Program-made: the position numbers and the translations under genes
The notes under the pieces: model-generated
What the model was told of the DNA's origin: nothing
What the model saw: only the letters and a program-made list of their open reading frames with translations
The model's database searches: none
Shown here: positions 49,832-59,699 of the stretch, one piece after another
Layout of the letters: each line of letters opens with the position of its first letter
Numbering within the stretch: the stretch's first letter is position 1
Assembly (NCBI GenBank): GCA_963665815.1
Contig: OY762463.1
Coordinates: 1,408,001-1,472,000, forward strand
DNA: 64,000 nt
Source: Candidatus Cloacimonadales bacterium
Lineage (GTDB): Bacteria; Cloacimonadota; Cloacimonadia; Cloacimonadales; JAIOQZ01
Reading direction: 5' to 3'

Positions 49832-52599
49832 CAGTCCACCGTTATTGATTTGGAAACATTCTTTGGAACATCAGGATGCACACCATGATCTTCAACAGAA
49901 AGCTTATCAAGATATTCCATCTTTCTTATACTCATTCGAAGTGCCAGACGCTGGAGTACAACCGTTGAAGAAAAAGATGTTAACAGTGAATCCCCTGTTT
50001 TAGGAAGAGGAATATATCCCCATCCATAGTACTTTGAAGAATCCGGATTCAAGCTGGCATTTTCCATCAGCTTGTCATTTTCTTCGGCTATGACATATGT
50101 ATCAGCACCTCTGATTTTGTGTGTATTTATCTGTGAAATCGTAAGATTGACATCTCTGTCTTCCGGTCCGGTGACATAAAGCAAAGGATAATTCCTGTAA
50201 AGAGGATTGAAGAAATCGTATCTTCTGATAATATCCTTGAATACTCTCGTTGCAGCAGGAGAAAGATTAAACGGAAATGTTCTGGTGAAAATATAGGAAC
50301 TTAAAACCTTGATAATCTCCTGTGTATCTTCCTGAGATAAATCATACAAGTCTGCATTTCTCTCTAGAGTATCAATAGTCTTGTTAAAATATTTCAGCAT
50401 AGATTTAATACTCAGTAGACCAAAAACCGTATTTTTACCAAGAATTGTGTTAGGACCATGCTTGAATTCGGAGGCTTCTCCACCCTCGGTATGATTCAGT
50501 ACTGTCTCTCGAATCTTCAGAGCCCCTTCTTTGGCTACACCACTGAGTTTTGTTGCCAGAATATGCATGGAAGGTTCCATATATATCTTGTTTGCAATCT
50601 CATCAATCTTATCTTTTGTTGTTTCAATTGTCTCTTTTATGAGAAGAGGAATCTGAAGAAGTTTCTTATATCTTCTGTCTATATCCCTGGCAAATGCATT
50701 GATCATTTCTTCTGACTTGCCATTCTTCTTCATGTGATCCATTTTCATTTCAGCAGCTTTTATTGCCAGATAATAGAACAATGTCAGCTGATTAACGAAA
50801 CTTTTTGTCGCCGGAACTGCAATCTCAGGTCCACAGAGTATCGGAATGGACACATCTGATTTCTCCTGACCAAGCGTTGAGTTCATGTTATTAACAAGCA
50901 CAATCTTCTTTATGTTCTTACCGAGATTATCAATATCGTTAAAAATATCTATCAGATCTTTTGTTTCACCACTTTGTGACACACCAATTATTACATCATT
51001 GTTTCTCAATGAGTTTGAATACTGCCCTCTGAAATCTCCTGGAAGTATTGGAATTATTTTGATTCCGGCTATTTCATTGAAGAATACGGCTGCGACTTTC
51101 GTTGCGTTAAAAGAAGTTCCACATGCAATAGTGTATATATTTCTCTCATTATCATTGGTGTTACTCAACAATTCCATGAAGTTTTCAATTTTCGTGTCGA
51201 ATTCAGTTACATCCAGTTTTTCAGTAATTGAATCAAGTGCTTTTGCTGTCAGAAATCTCTTTTTATCAAAATGCGATCCTATCAGCTCAATGTATGTATT
51301 CATTTCACTGGAAAAGAAGTATTTCTTTTCAAAATCCTCATACACAACCACGTCGTAAATAGTCTTATAATCTTCCTGAATACTTTTATAGAATACTGAA
51401 CTCTCTTCAGAGTTAATAAACTCGTTAAAATGTTGGAGCTGTTCATCAAATGTTTCGGACTGCTTGATTTTTTTATCAAGATCTTTCATGTACTCCATCA
51501 AGTTAATTTTATCGATAAGATTGAGCATTCTACGCCCGGTATTTGACCCCCCAAGGAATATCTTCACAAGCTTACCTGTGGATTCTGTTTCGTTATCAAT
51601 CTCCTGATCCATGAAATAATTGTATTTTGGCAGCAGTTCAGTATCTTCTGCCCTGAGTTTTGATCTTACTGCATCACGGAAAATCTTCTGTCCTTTTTTG
51701 TATATGATATCCTTCTGATTCAGTCTTTTTATTCTGGCATCTTTATAAGCATATATTTTGTAGAAATCAGCAGTATACTCTACAAATTCTCCCTCTCTTA
51801 AGTTTACAAGATATTTCGTAAATCTCAGCACGGCTGTTAAATCAGAAGAAGCCAGAGAAAACTTGTTTCCGTCTATTTCGCCCACACCAAAATAAAGACT
51901 GCTTCCGGCTTTTATAGCATATTGATATTCTGTTACAGGATCTGTTATTACTGCGGCAAATGATCCGGTTGTTTTATTTATTGCTTTAGTAATAGCTTTT
52001 TTCATGCATTCTGACCTGATAGCAAAATCTGAGCTTTGTTTTGAAGAATAATTCCTTAACTCAATCTCAAAATAATGTTCTACGGTATGAACAAGCATTT
52101 CACCATCGTTATCCGAAAGCACATCGTGACCTTCTGATATCAAAAATGTCTTTAATTCTCTTGTATTGGTAATATTACCATTATGCGCCCCGTAAATATG
52201 AGTCTTACATTTTACTTCATGCGGCTGCGAATTCTTTTTGTCTACAGCTCCAAATGTAGCCCATCTGACCTGGCCACAAAAAATCTTTCCAGCTTTTTCT
52301 TTTATACCGAGAGTTTCAACTAAAGTACTTGGAGCTCCTACATCTTTGAGAAGAGTAGTATTCTTCTTATCATCCTGAAAAATTGCACCGGTGGAATCAT
52401 ATCCCCGATACTCCAATGCTTTCAACAGCTTTGAAGCGTATTTTCCCAGATGAATACTGTGTTCTGCCAAAGTCATTCCCAGTACACCGCATCCAACGCC
52501 AATTATCGGTATCTTAAATTTAATTTCCTTATCTGAATATTTAGCACATATCTTCTCAGCAATATTTCCTGCTTTTTTAATAAGATTTTTATTTATCAT
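49831..52599 (-). CDS. glmS: Long GlmS-like glutamine amidotransferase (GATase-2 plus two SIS domains, with insertions)
   Basis: [70 protein letters not shown]. Confidence 0.75.
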   Translation of the reverse strand: MINKNLIKKAGNIAEKICAKYSDKEIKFKIPIIGVGCGVLGMTLAEHSIHLGKYASKLLKALEYRGYDSTGAIFQDDKKNTTLLKDVGAPSTLVETLGIKEKAGKIFCGQVRWATFGAVDKKNSQPHEVKCKTHIYGAHNGNITNTRELKTFLISEGHDVLSDNDGEMLVHTVEHYFEIELRNYSSKQSSDFAIRSECMKKAITKAINKTTGSFAAVITDPVTEYQYAIKAGSSLYFGVGEIDGNKFSLASSDLTAVLRFTKYLVNLREGEFVEYTADFYKIYAYKDARIKRLNQKDIIYKKGQKIFRDAVRSKLRAEDTELLPKYNYFMDQEIDNETESTGKLVKIFLGGSNTGRRMLNLIDKINLMEYMKDLDKKIKQSETFDEQLQHFNEFINSEESSVFYKSIQEDYKTIYDVVVYEDFEKKYFFSSEMNTYIELIGSHFDKKRFLTAKALDSITEKLDVTEFDTKIENFMELLSNTNDNERNIYTIACGTSFNATKVAAVFFNEIAGIKIIPILPGDFRGQYSNSLRNNDVIIGVSQSGETKDLIDIFNDIDNLGKNIKKIVLVNNMNSTLGQEKSDVSIPILCGPEIAVPATKSFVNQLTLFYYLAIKAAEMKMDHMKKNGKSEEMINAFARDIDRRYKKLLQIPLLIKETIETTKDKIDEIANKIYMEPSMHILATKLSGVAKEGALKIRETVLNHTEGGEASEFKHGPNTILGKNTVFGLLSIKSMLKYFNKTIDTLERNADLYDLSQEDTQEIIKVLSSYIFTRTFPFNLSPAATRVFKDIIRRYDFFNPLYRNYPLLYVTGPEDRDVNLTISQINTHKIRGADTYVIAEENDKLMENASLNPDSSKYYGWGYIPLPKTGDSLLTSFSSTVVLQRLALRMSIRKMEYLDKLSVEDHGVHPDVPKNVSKSITVD

Positions 52600-53284
52600 C
52601 CTGACCTTCTTTCAAAATGTATTCTGCAATCAGCAGATCTATTGGATTTGTAATTTTAATGTTTCTATCAGAGCATATTATATATTTCACCTTATAGCCA
52701 TAGTATTCAAGTATACTTGCGTCATCAGTAAACCTATTGATACAATCATGCCTCGCTGCCTCATGGCATTTCAGAATGAGTTCTTTGCTGAATACTTGAG
52801 GTGTATGCACCTGAATCAGTTTATCTCTATCAAGAGTTTCTGTAACAATATCACCTTCAACTCTTTTTACCGTATTCTTTACTCTTGTTGCAGGTATCAC
52901 ACCACCTGTAACTTCAGCAGTTCTTATCAGCAGACTTATTTCTTCCTTTTCAATAAACGGTCTTACACCATCATGGATCAGTACAATTCCATCAGTGTCG
53001 TCGATTGCATTAAGTCCATTATACACAGACTCCTGCCTCGAAGATGCTCCGGCTGTACATACTATCGGTTTTCCCGAAAACTCCTGAAGAATCTGCTTTT
53101 TGTAACTAACTAATTCACTATCAGGTAAGACAACAATTATCTCATCTATCAGGTCATGCTTCACAAATTTGTCAATAGTACAAAACAACAAAGGACGACC
53201 ATTCAATTTCATGAATTGCTTTTTTTCTGTTGAGGACATCCTTGTTCCTCTTCCACCTGCTGTAATTATAACACTGTTACTCAT
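52589..53284 (-). CDS. ispD: 2-C-methyl-D-erythritol 4-phosphate cytidylyltransferase
   Basis: AGGRGTRM, KQF, RQESV, LIHDGVRP, TPQVF, TDDAS, NIKIT. Confidence 0.96.
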   Translation of the reverse strand: MSNSVIITAGGRGTRMSSTEKKQFMKLNGRPLLFCTIDKFVKHDLIDEIIVVLPDSELVSYKKQILQEFSGKPIVCTAGASSRQESVYNGLNAIDDTDGIVLIHDGVRPFIEKEEISLLIRTAEVTGGVIPATRVKNTVKRVEGDIVTETLDRDKLIQVHTPQVFSKELILKCHEAARHDCINRFTDDASILEYYGYKVKYIICSDRNIKITNPIDLLIAEYILKEGQDDK

Positions 53285-53381
53285 ATTTATTTACCTGCAA
53301 TTATATATCTTGAAAACAAAAAGAATAAAATTTGTGTCAAGATAATATCGAAATGCAGATTTAAAATACTGCTAAAATGTG

Positions 53382-54716
53382 CTAAATACTGGAGTAAAGA
53401 AGGTATTCAATTCTGAAGTTGTTTACAATTGTATTTACTTTTTCGTAACCGTATTCAGATAAAAGTCTGCTATATAAATCAAGGTTATTTTTCCAGGTAA
53501 TTCTTTCCTGAAGACAGAAATCCGAATCAATACTCTGAAGGGTACCTGAAACAGAATGTCTGCACATATTTTTTACCCAGCACTTGTAACAGTTCTCAAT
53601 CTTTGCAGCTGCAAATTCATTCTGGGTTTTCAGTAGTTTTGCATGATCAATACCTGATTTAAAATTACCTACATTATGAAGAACATTACAAGGTGATTTC
53701 AAATAGAATTTTCCATCTCCGTTTATATGAATATTGTGAGACATATTTTCTGCGAATAAGTTATCATTTCCTTTCTCATCTCTATTGTTAACAAAATGAA
53801 TCCTTGTAAGACCTTTCAGTGCAATAAATGCATTATAAGAGATTCGTCTTTTTTGTCGCTGTCTAAGGTTTTCATTTTTCTTTGTAATGAACATCTTTCT
53901 ATTAGATAAGCATTTACCAGTTCTTTCGGACTTTACCATTAATGCTATAAGTTCTTTGATATTCAGCAGTAGTTTTATGTCTTCATCCACACATGAATTA
54001 GCTTTAAACATCCTGCTTAGTTGAGTATATTTCAGCAAGGATGCAGAAAGTCTGATATTGTTCGAGAAAAAAACATAATCATATTCACTGATAAAACTTA
54101 AGTTATCCTCCAGAAGATTGATCTCATTCTGATCCGGATTATCTAAATGCCTGCTTTTAACATTGATGTAGAAATTATGAAACACGAGAAAAGGAACAAT
54201 ATTCTTAGTAAGAGTATTACCGGAAGTATGCAGAATAAACTGGAATTTACAGGGTAATGAGGAACAGAATTCAATAATATTATAGAGCACAGAACTTTTA
54301 CAATCTGGCAACTCTCCGTATATCTCAATTGTAATCAGTTTTGAGGGGGACAAATTATCAGAATAATACAAGATACTTTTCTTAACAGAATTTATATCTG
54401 TAATGTCTCCAATATTGTTAATACATAATGATTCAGGTGTAAATAAAATGTGCTGATTTTTCACAGAATCAATAAATGAGTCCTTAATATTTTCGTATGG
54501 TGTTGAATAGATGTCGGAAAGAATCTCAGATTTATACAGGTTTTCTACATGAGGAACTAAGTCTCCGGACATGAACTCTTTATTCAGAATAGCTGAAACA
54601 TTTTCATACAGTTCTGAATTAACTTTCAGGACTTTCCCTTTATTTCCGTTAAAAAGGAAAAAATCCTTACCAGTGCTGATTTTTTTCAAAAGAAATTTAT
54701 CTGTATTCATATCCAT
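53382..54716 (-). CDS. Degenerate radical SAM/SPASM-like protein lacking CxxxCxxC
   Basis: Residual motifs IEIYGELP (FYGGEP), LHTSGNTLT (TTNGTLL), INGDGKFY..C..VGN...CYKCWVKNMC; start moved to ATG 54716 after CAGGAGG. Confidence 0.6.
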   Translation of the reverse strand: MDMNTDKFLLKKISTGKDFFLFNGNKGKVLKVNSELYENVSAILNKEFMSGDLVPHVENLYKSEILSDIYSTPYENIKDSFIDSVKNQHILFTPESLCINNIGDITDINSVKKSILYYSDNLSPSKLITIEIYGELPDCKSSVLYNIIEFCSSLPCKFQFILHTSGNTLTKNIVPFLVFHNFYINVKSRHLDNPDQNEINLLEDNLSFISEYDYVFFSNNIRLSASLLKYTQLSRMFKANSCVDEDIKLLLNIKELIALMVKSERTGKCLSNRKMFITKKNENLRQRQKRRISYNAFIALKGLTRIHFVNNRDEKGNDNLFAENMSHNIHINGDGKFYLKSPCNVLHNVGNFKSGIDHAKLLKTQNEFAAAKIENCYKCWVKNMCRHSVSGTLQSIDSDFCLQERITWKNNLDLYSRLLSEYGYEKVNTIVNNFRIEYLLYSSI

Positions 54717-54855
54717 TAAAGAAAACCTCCTGCACACCATAATTTATAAATTTTAGTAAAGTTACATAGAAGGAGTAATGAATCTTTACTTCACAAACCT
54801 GACATTTTGATATGCAGGAGGCAGATTAGAGTTAACCCCACTCCGCAAAAGTTTA

Positions 54856-55074
54856 TTATTTTTTATGTTTAAATATATATGCTTTACCGTCTACAACAAT
54901 GATAGTAACGTCTTCTTCATTTGTAAGCTTTATAACATCAATATAATCATAGTCAATTTCTTCAATATTATCAACGCTGATAACAGGTAACTCATCTATA
55001 TTTGTAGCAAAATCAGTTGCAAAAACACAAGATATTACGAAAAAGATTTGACATAAAATAAAAAGTTTTTTCAT
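54856..55074 (-). CDS. Small secreted acidic protein (72 aa)
   Basis: GGAG RBS; signal peptide ending VFA; D/E/I/V-rich mature part. Confidence 0.75.
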   Translation of the reverse strand: MKKLFILCQIFFVISCVFATDFATNIDELPVISVDNIEEIDYDYIDVIKLTNEEDVTIIVVDGKAYIFKHKK

Positions 55075-55135
55075 TATTTACTCCAGTAAGTTTTCTTTAT
55101 TATTAAACCCAGTAAATTAAAACAGGGGACGAAAA

Positions 55136-56110
55136 ATGGCGCAACTAAAAGGTTATCAAGAAGTTATATCTCATTCATTTAAAGTATCGATGACATATTT
55201 AAAAAATATTCATGATTCCGAAGATATTTCTCAACAGGTTGCAATGCTTTTTTATTTATCGAAAGATAAAATATCTCCTGAATCTCAAAATTCCTGGATT
55301 CACGTAGTAACAAAGAATAAATGTCTGAAACAACTAGATTTACAGAAAAAAAATGTTAATTTTGATTGTGTTCAGGATTTTATCCCTGATGAATTTACTG
55401 AAATTGAAGAGAATATTGAAAACATTGAGCCAGATGGAAACATACTTCTTGAGTACATTGATGTCCTTAAACGACCGGACAAAAAATTGTTCATGGATTA
55501 TGTTAAAGCCGGTCAAAAAATTAAAGCTCTCTGTAAACAAAAGAAACTGAAATACGATTCTACAAAAAAGAAGATTTTCCGTATTAAAAAGGACCTAAAA
55601 GCCAGGTATTTCATGGAAAAGGGAATGATTGGCACAAAGAATATCCTCTCGTCCAAACTGCAGGAAAATATCCAGAACTTTATTAAAGTATTTCGGGAAT
55701 CAATCAGCAATAATTCTCTTCCTAAAATGAGAAAGTACTTTGGAAGAATTATCTCTGAAAATGAAATACCAAAATTTAATATTTCGGAAGTCATTGAATA
55801 CGATGTCAAATCTATAAGTAAAAATACATTTAGAATTTATGTTTACTTTTGGGATAATGAAAGAATGAAATCACTGTTTTTTGATATAAATGTAGATCAG
55901 AATCAGGTCAAAATCACAGAACTGCCCTGTTACTCAGAAAAAGTTAATGTATATGATGTTGAAAATACTTCAGATTTAGTATTAGATCAGTTTCAGGAAG
56001 ATAAAAGAACCGGAGTTATCAACCTCAATCAAAAACAAATAATCGAACTTCTACCTCATAGTGGTTTCATTGAAGAGTACTATATAGATGATTCGGAACC
56101 ATCTTCCTGA
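55136..56110 (+). CDS. ECF-like sigma-70 factor with long C-terminal extension
   Basis: Region-2-like HDSEDISQQV...WIHVVTKNKCL; region-4-like ...TKKKIFRIKKDLK; about 165 further residues. Confidence 0.6.
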   Translation: MAQLKGYQEVISHSFKVSMTYLKNIHDSEDISQQVAMLFYLSKDKISPESQNSWIHVVTKNKCLKQLDLQKKNVNFDCVQDFIPDEFTEIEENIENIEPDGNILLEYIDVLKRPDKKLFMDYVKAGQKIKALCKQKKLKYDSTKKKIFRIKKDLKARYFMEKGMIGTKNILSSKLQENIQNFIKVFRESISNNSLPKMRKYFGRIISENEIPKFNISEVIEYDVKSISKNTFRIYVYFWDNERMKSLFFDINVDQNQVKITELPCYSEKVNVYDVENTSDLVLDQFQEDKRTGVINLNQKQIIELLPHSGFIEEYYIDDSEPSS

Positions 56111-56472
56111 TCGTTTCCCAACATGAAATCAAGTACTGCTTTCAGCTTTCCCTTATGAATTGGTTTTAGCAAATAGAAATCCGCCCCACATTTCTTCATC
56201 TCATCTACATAATCCTCGTCTTGAGTTGAACTGATAACTACTATTTTTGATCTCAAGTGATTTTGCTTAATCTTTTTAGTTGCCTCCAAACCATTCATCA
56301 CAGGCATAGCATAGTCCATTGTAACAACATCAGGGAGTAATTTTTTATATTTTACTGTTGCAAGAAAACCATTTTCGGCTTCTCCAACCACTTCATGCCC
56401 CAGCTCTTCAAGCATCCTTCTGAGTAATTTTCTCATTGTCTGAGAATCATCTACAATCATTATTGTCGCCAT
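56080..56472 (-). CDS. CheY-like single-domain response regulator
   Basis: IVDDS, VGEAENG, PDVVTMDYAMPVMNG, KP. Confidence 0.92.
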   Translation of the reverse strand: MATIMIVDDSQTMRKLLRRMLEELGHEVVGEAENGFLATVKYKKLLPDVVTMDYAMPVMNGLEATKKIKQNHLRSKIVVISSTQDEDYVDEMKKCGADFYLLKPIHKGKLKAVLDFMLGNDQEDGSESSI

Positions 56473-56473
56473 A

Positions 56474-58309
56474 CTAATCCTTACTTTTCAAGCCGGCTTC
56501 AATCTTGTCATACTCACTATTTATCTTATTAATCTTTTCATTAAGACCCTTTACTGCAAAACTGTATTCATTAAGGATTTCTATTAACAGGCTATTTGCA
56601 TTTGCAGAAACATTCTGAATAGCCGAAAGCTTGTTTTCTATTTCTGTTGTTAAATCATTCAGGTTGCTGCCATCAACGGGGACATCATTTAGTAAAGAAT
56701 TCATTGAACTGAATCTCTCTTTGATTTTCTCGAAAGACGGAAGATAGATATTGCTTTCAAGATAAGAGCTTATATTATCAATTATCTGTGATACTTCATT
56801 AATAGAAGCATTCTGTTTAGATAATTTGTCTGATATTATTCTGGCTTTTGCTTTCATATCCATGTTAAGGGTATCCAGAGCCTTCAATTTTTCCACCAGC
56901 ATTTGCTCTGATGAGAATATTATCTGGTTGATATTTTCTGTTTTCTTTGTCAGAGCTTTATTGTTATTCTCGGATTGGATGTAGATTTCATTCATCCTTC
57001 CGGACAACTTTTTCAAATCTTCTGAAAGCTTTCTTATCTGTGTTGAATTATTCTGTGGTTCCCCGGTAACAGAAATATTTATCGCAATCATTAATAACTC
57101 TTCAGCAAAATCAGAAATTCTGCTGTGCAGTTTAATGTTATTGTTTAAGTCTGATTCTATAGCCTTGATAGTGGAACCGGTTTCCCTGATCTTTGCTGCT
57201 TCATCTCCAATGTCAGACAATATTGGTTTAATATCAATTAGATTAGTATCCTTCTCAAGTACTTCATTATTTCTTTTATTAGTATCCTTAAGATCAGCCA
57301 GAATAGTACAGATAAAAGATGTAATCCCCTTATCTCTATCAACAGCCTTGTTATACTCTTTTTTCATGAAATCATGATATTCAATGAATGAAGCCTTTAT
57401 CTCTGCAAACTTATCAACTAATTCGTCATTTGAGAACTCAAGGTTGAACTTTGTACCGGCATTTCTTAAATCAAAAATCAACTGCTTTAATTTTTCATTG
57501 ATTCTTTGATAATCATTAAGTTTATCATAATTAATCTGTAATTCCTGAATTGTTGCCTTGCCTGATTTGAAATGTTCAATAAGGTCATCTGCAGAAGAGC
57601 AGACATTGTTTTGCAATGACGACAGTATCTCATTAATATGTTCTGCAATAGTACCGAATTCAAAGTCATTTGCAATACTTATCGGATTCTCTGTTATCGC
57701 TTCCGAATCTTTCAGACGTTCCAGATTCTCTATAAGTTCATAAACTGGTGTAATAATACTATCAGAGTTGTGCTTCATTGTCAAATTACTGATTATTGAT
57801 ATTACAAGTGTAATACCAGCAAGCAACAGTAAACTGATGAAAAATCCGTTAACACCTTCCGATTTAACATCAGCAGTTTCACCGGAAAAAACATCTGATA
57901 CTATATAAGGCATTATTGATTCGTATTTATTCTTTATAACATCAATTTTTTGCGAGAATAGACTATCCTGCCTCAAAACCTGAATATCTGTGTTAATATT
58001 CTGTAGTATCTGATCAATTTTGTCGAAATTACCTGAGTTTTGAATTTCCGGTGTATTCTTCCATAGAAAAGGGAAAGACTTATAATCTCTGATCACATCA
58101 GGAATATTAACCGAGTGTGCTGATTGAATTTTCTCCAATGTTGAGAAATATTCTTCATAAACTTTTACACTTGCAGAGCTATCATTTGTTTCCCTTTGAT
58201 TGTTCACATTCAGAAGAACCACAAAAGCAGAAATCAACAAAAAGCAGCAGCTTATTATGTTTACATATCCGTAAAATCTTAGTTTTCTTTTCAAATCAGT
58301 ATTTTTCAT
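56474..58309 (-). CDS. Degenerate methyl-accepting-chemotaxis-like membrane protein
   Basis: Two TMs, HAMP-like (IITPVYEL...FEFGTIAEHINEI), coiled coil with ISDFAEELLMIAINISV...LSEDLKKLS. Confidence 0.55.
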   Translation of the reverse strand: MKNTDLKRKLRFYGYVNIISCCFLLISAFVVLLNVNNQRETNDSSASVKVYEEYFSTLEKIQSAHSVNIPDVIRDYKSFPFLWKNTPEIQNSGNFDKIDQILQNINTDIQVLRQDSLFSQKIDVIKNKYESIMPYIVSDVFSGETADVKSEGVNGFFISLLLLAGITLVISIISNLTMKHNSDSIITPVYELIENLERLKDSEAITENPISIANDFEFGTIAEHINEILSSLQNNVCSSADDLIEHFKSGKATIQELQINYDKLNDYQRINEKLKQLIFDLRNAGTKFNLEFSNDELVDKFAEIKASFIEYHDFMKKEYNKAVDRDKGITSFICTILADLKDTNKRNNEVLEKDTNLIDIKPILSDIGDEAAKIRETGSTIKAIESDLNNNIKLHSRISDFAEELLMIAINISVTGEPQNNSTQIRKLSEDLKKLSGRMNEIYIQSENNNKALTKKTENINQIIFSSEQMLVEKLKALDTLNMDMKAKARIISDKLSKQNASINEVSQIIDNISSYLESNIYLPSFEKIKERFSSMNSLLNDVPVDGSNLNDLTTEIENKLSAIQNVSANANSLLIEILNEYSFAVKGLNEKINKINSEYDKIEAGLKSKD

Positions 58310-58412
58310 ATTAACCTTCCGGCAAAAATATATAAGACAAGGAAGATAATTCTGGACAACTTGACAAGTATTTTCTAAATAGTGAATATAGAATAATAAA
58401 CTTTAAACAGGA

Positions 58413-58712
58413 GTGAGTATGGCTAAAAAAGATCCTGTAATCTATGTAACCGGAAATAAAACAATAGATGTTCTATCTTATATCTTATTGATAGCAGGTG
58501 TATTGTGCATGATTTTCTTTTTTGTTATTTACCCTTTTACTGATCTCAACAAATTGAGAAATGTTAATGAAATGGGTGAAGTACCTGAAGAAGATAATTT
58601 TGCTATTCTATGCGGGTCTTTGGGACTGATTATCGGTTTAGTTCTATATTTACTGCTACAGAGCGTTATTCAGATACGAGTAAAAAAACTGATTGAAACC
58701 CTGAACCAGTAG
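58413..58712 (+). CDS. Hypothetical 2-TM protein
   Basis: AGGAG RBS, two hydrophobic helices. Confidence 0.65.
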   Translation: MSMAKKDPVIYVTGNKTIDVLSYILLIAGVLCMIFFFVIYPFTDLNKLRNVNEMGEVPEEDNFAILCGSLGLIIGLVLYLLLQSVIQIRVKKLIETLNQ

Positions 58713-58718
58713 GTAAAT

Positions 58719-59015
58719 ATGAATGTTATATGTAATCTCGTTGTTGTGACTTATGATATTGGACCAAGTCTTTCACCATTTGTCGCAGAAGTTATAAAAG
58801 TTATTAAAGAAGACAGTAAAGTTAAGCATCAGCTTAATCCCATGGGATCTACACTTGAAGGAGATTTTGATGATGTGATGAAACTTGTTGGAAGAATATT
58901 CCACAAATTCTCGAAGGACTTTGAACGCCTTGGTATCACACTGCATATTGATTACAGGAAATCTAAAATTAACCGAATGCAGGGTAAAATTCAAGCAGTA
59001 GAAGAAAAACTGTGA
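58719..59015 (+). CDS. MTH1187-family thiamine-binding protein
   Basis: SLSPFVA, LNPMGSTLEG, IDYR, KIQAVEEKL. Confidence 0.85.
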   Translation: MNVICNLVVVTYDIGPSLSPFVAEVIKVIKEDSKVKHQLNPMGSTLEGDFDDVMKLVGRIFHKFSKDFERLGITLHIDYRKSKINRMQGKIQAVEEKL

Positions 59016-59263
59016 TAATCAGTTTGATATAATATTTTGTACGGTGTATTGCAATATTTCTTGCGAAACTCTTTTTTGCACTTAAATTATCATTACAAAA
59101 GCTTTGTATGATGCAAAATCAAACTATTTTGACATCCGGGTATCGAAATGATTTTCTAATCAATTAGAAAATTCTCCAATCCCTGTTTGTCTCTGTTGAA
59201 ATCTGACATGTTCTGAAGATTTATGACTTTTGCAAAGATTTGTAACGAATAAATGAGGTATAT

Positions 59264-59632
59264 ATGAAAAAAATACTGGTTATAGATGATGATCCCAGCA
59301 TGCTGAAAGTTCTCAGTATCCTTCTGGCTGGACAAGGATATGATGTAATAACAACGGTGGATAGCCAAGAAGGTATGGATAAACTGGAATCAGAAGATTT
59401 TGACATGCTGATTGCCGATATAATCATGCCAGAAAAAACCGGAACTGAAATCATTCAGGAAACCCATATCAGTTTTCCTGAGCTCCCAATAATTGCAATT
59501 TCGGGAGGAGGTTTCTGGGAAGCAGAAAATTACCTGAAAACAGCTAATGCGGCAGGTGCCTGTAAAACATTCAAAAAGCCTTTTGAACCTGATGAACTCG
59601 TTGAGACGGTTAACGAGATTCTAAATGATTGA
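59264..59632 (+). CDS. Single-domain response regulator
   Basis: ILVIDDD, DIIMPEKTG, IIAISGGG, KP. Confidence 0.92.
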   Translation: MKKILVIDDDPSMLKVLSILLAGQGYDVITTVDSQEGMDKLESEDFDMLIADIIMPEKTGTEIIQETHISFPELPIIAISGGGFWEAENYLKTANAAGACKTFKKPFEPDELVETVNEILND

Positions 59633-59699
59633 AAAAGGTTGTCACATTTAATTCAATAATTTATTTACAAAACTTATCGGAAAAATTATTCAGGAGATT

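Noticed and set aside
54856-55074. Classical RiPP precursor for the neighbouring radical SAM-like protein
   Set aside because: It has a Sec-type signal peptide and no Cys-rich or motif-bearing core, and the neighbour lacks the SAM-cluster motif. It is kept only as part of the regulatory-module hypothesis.
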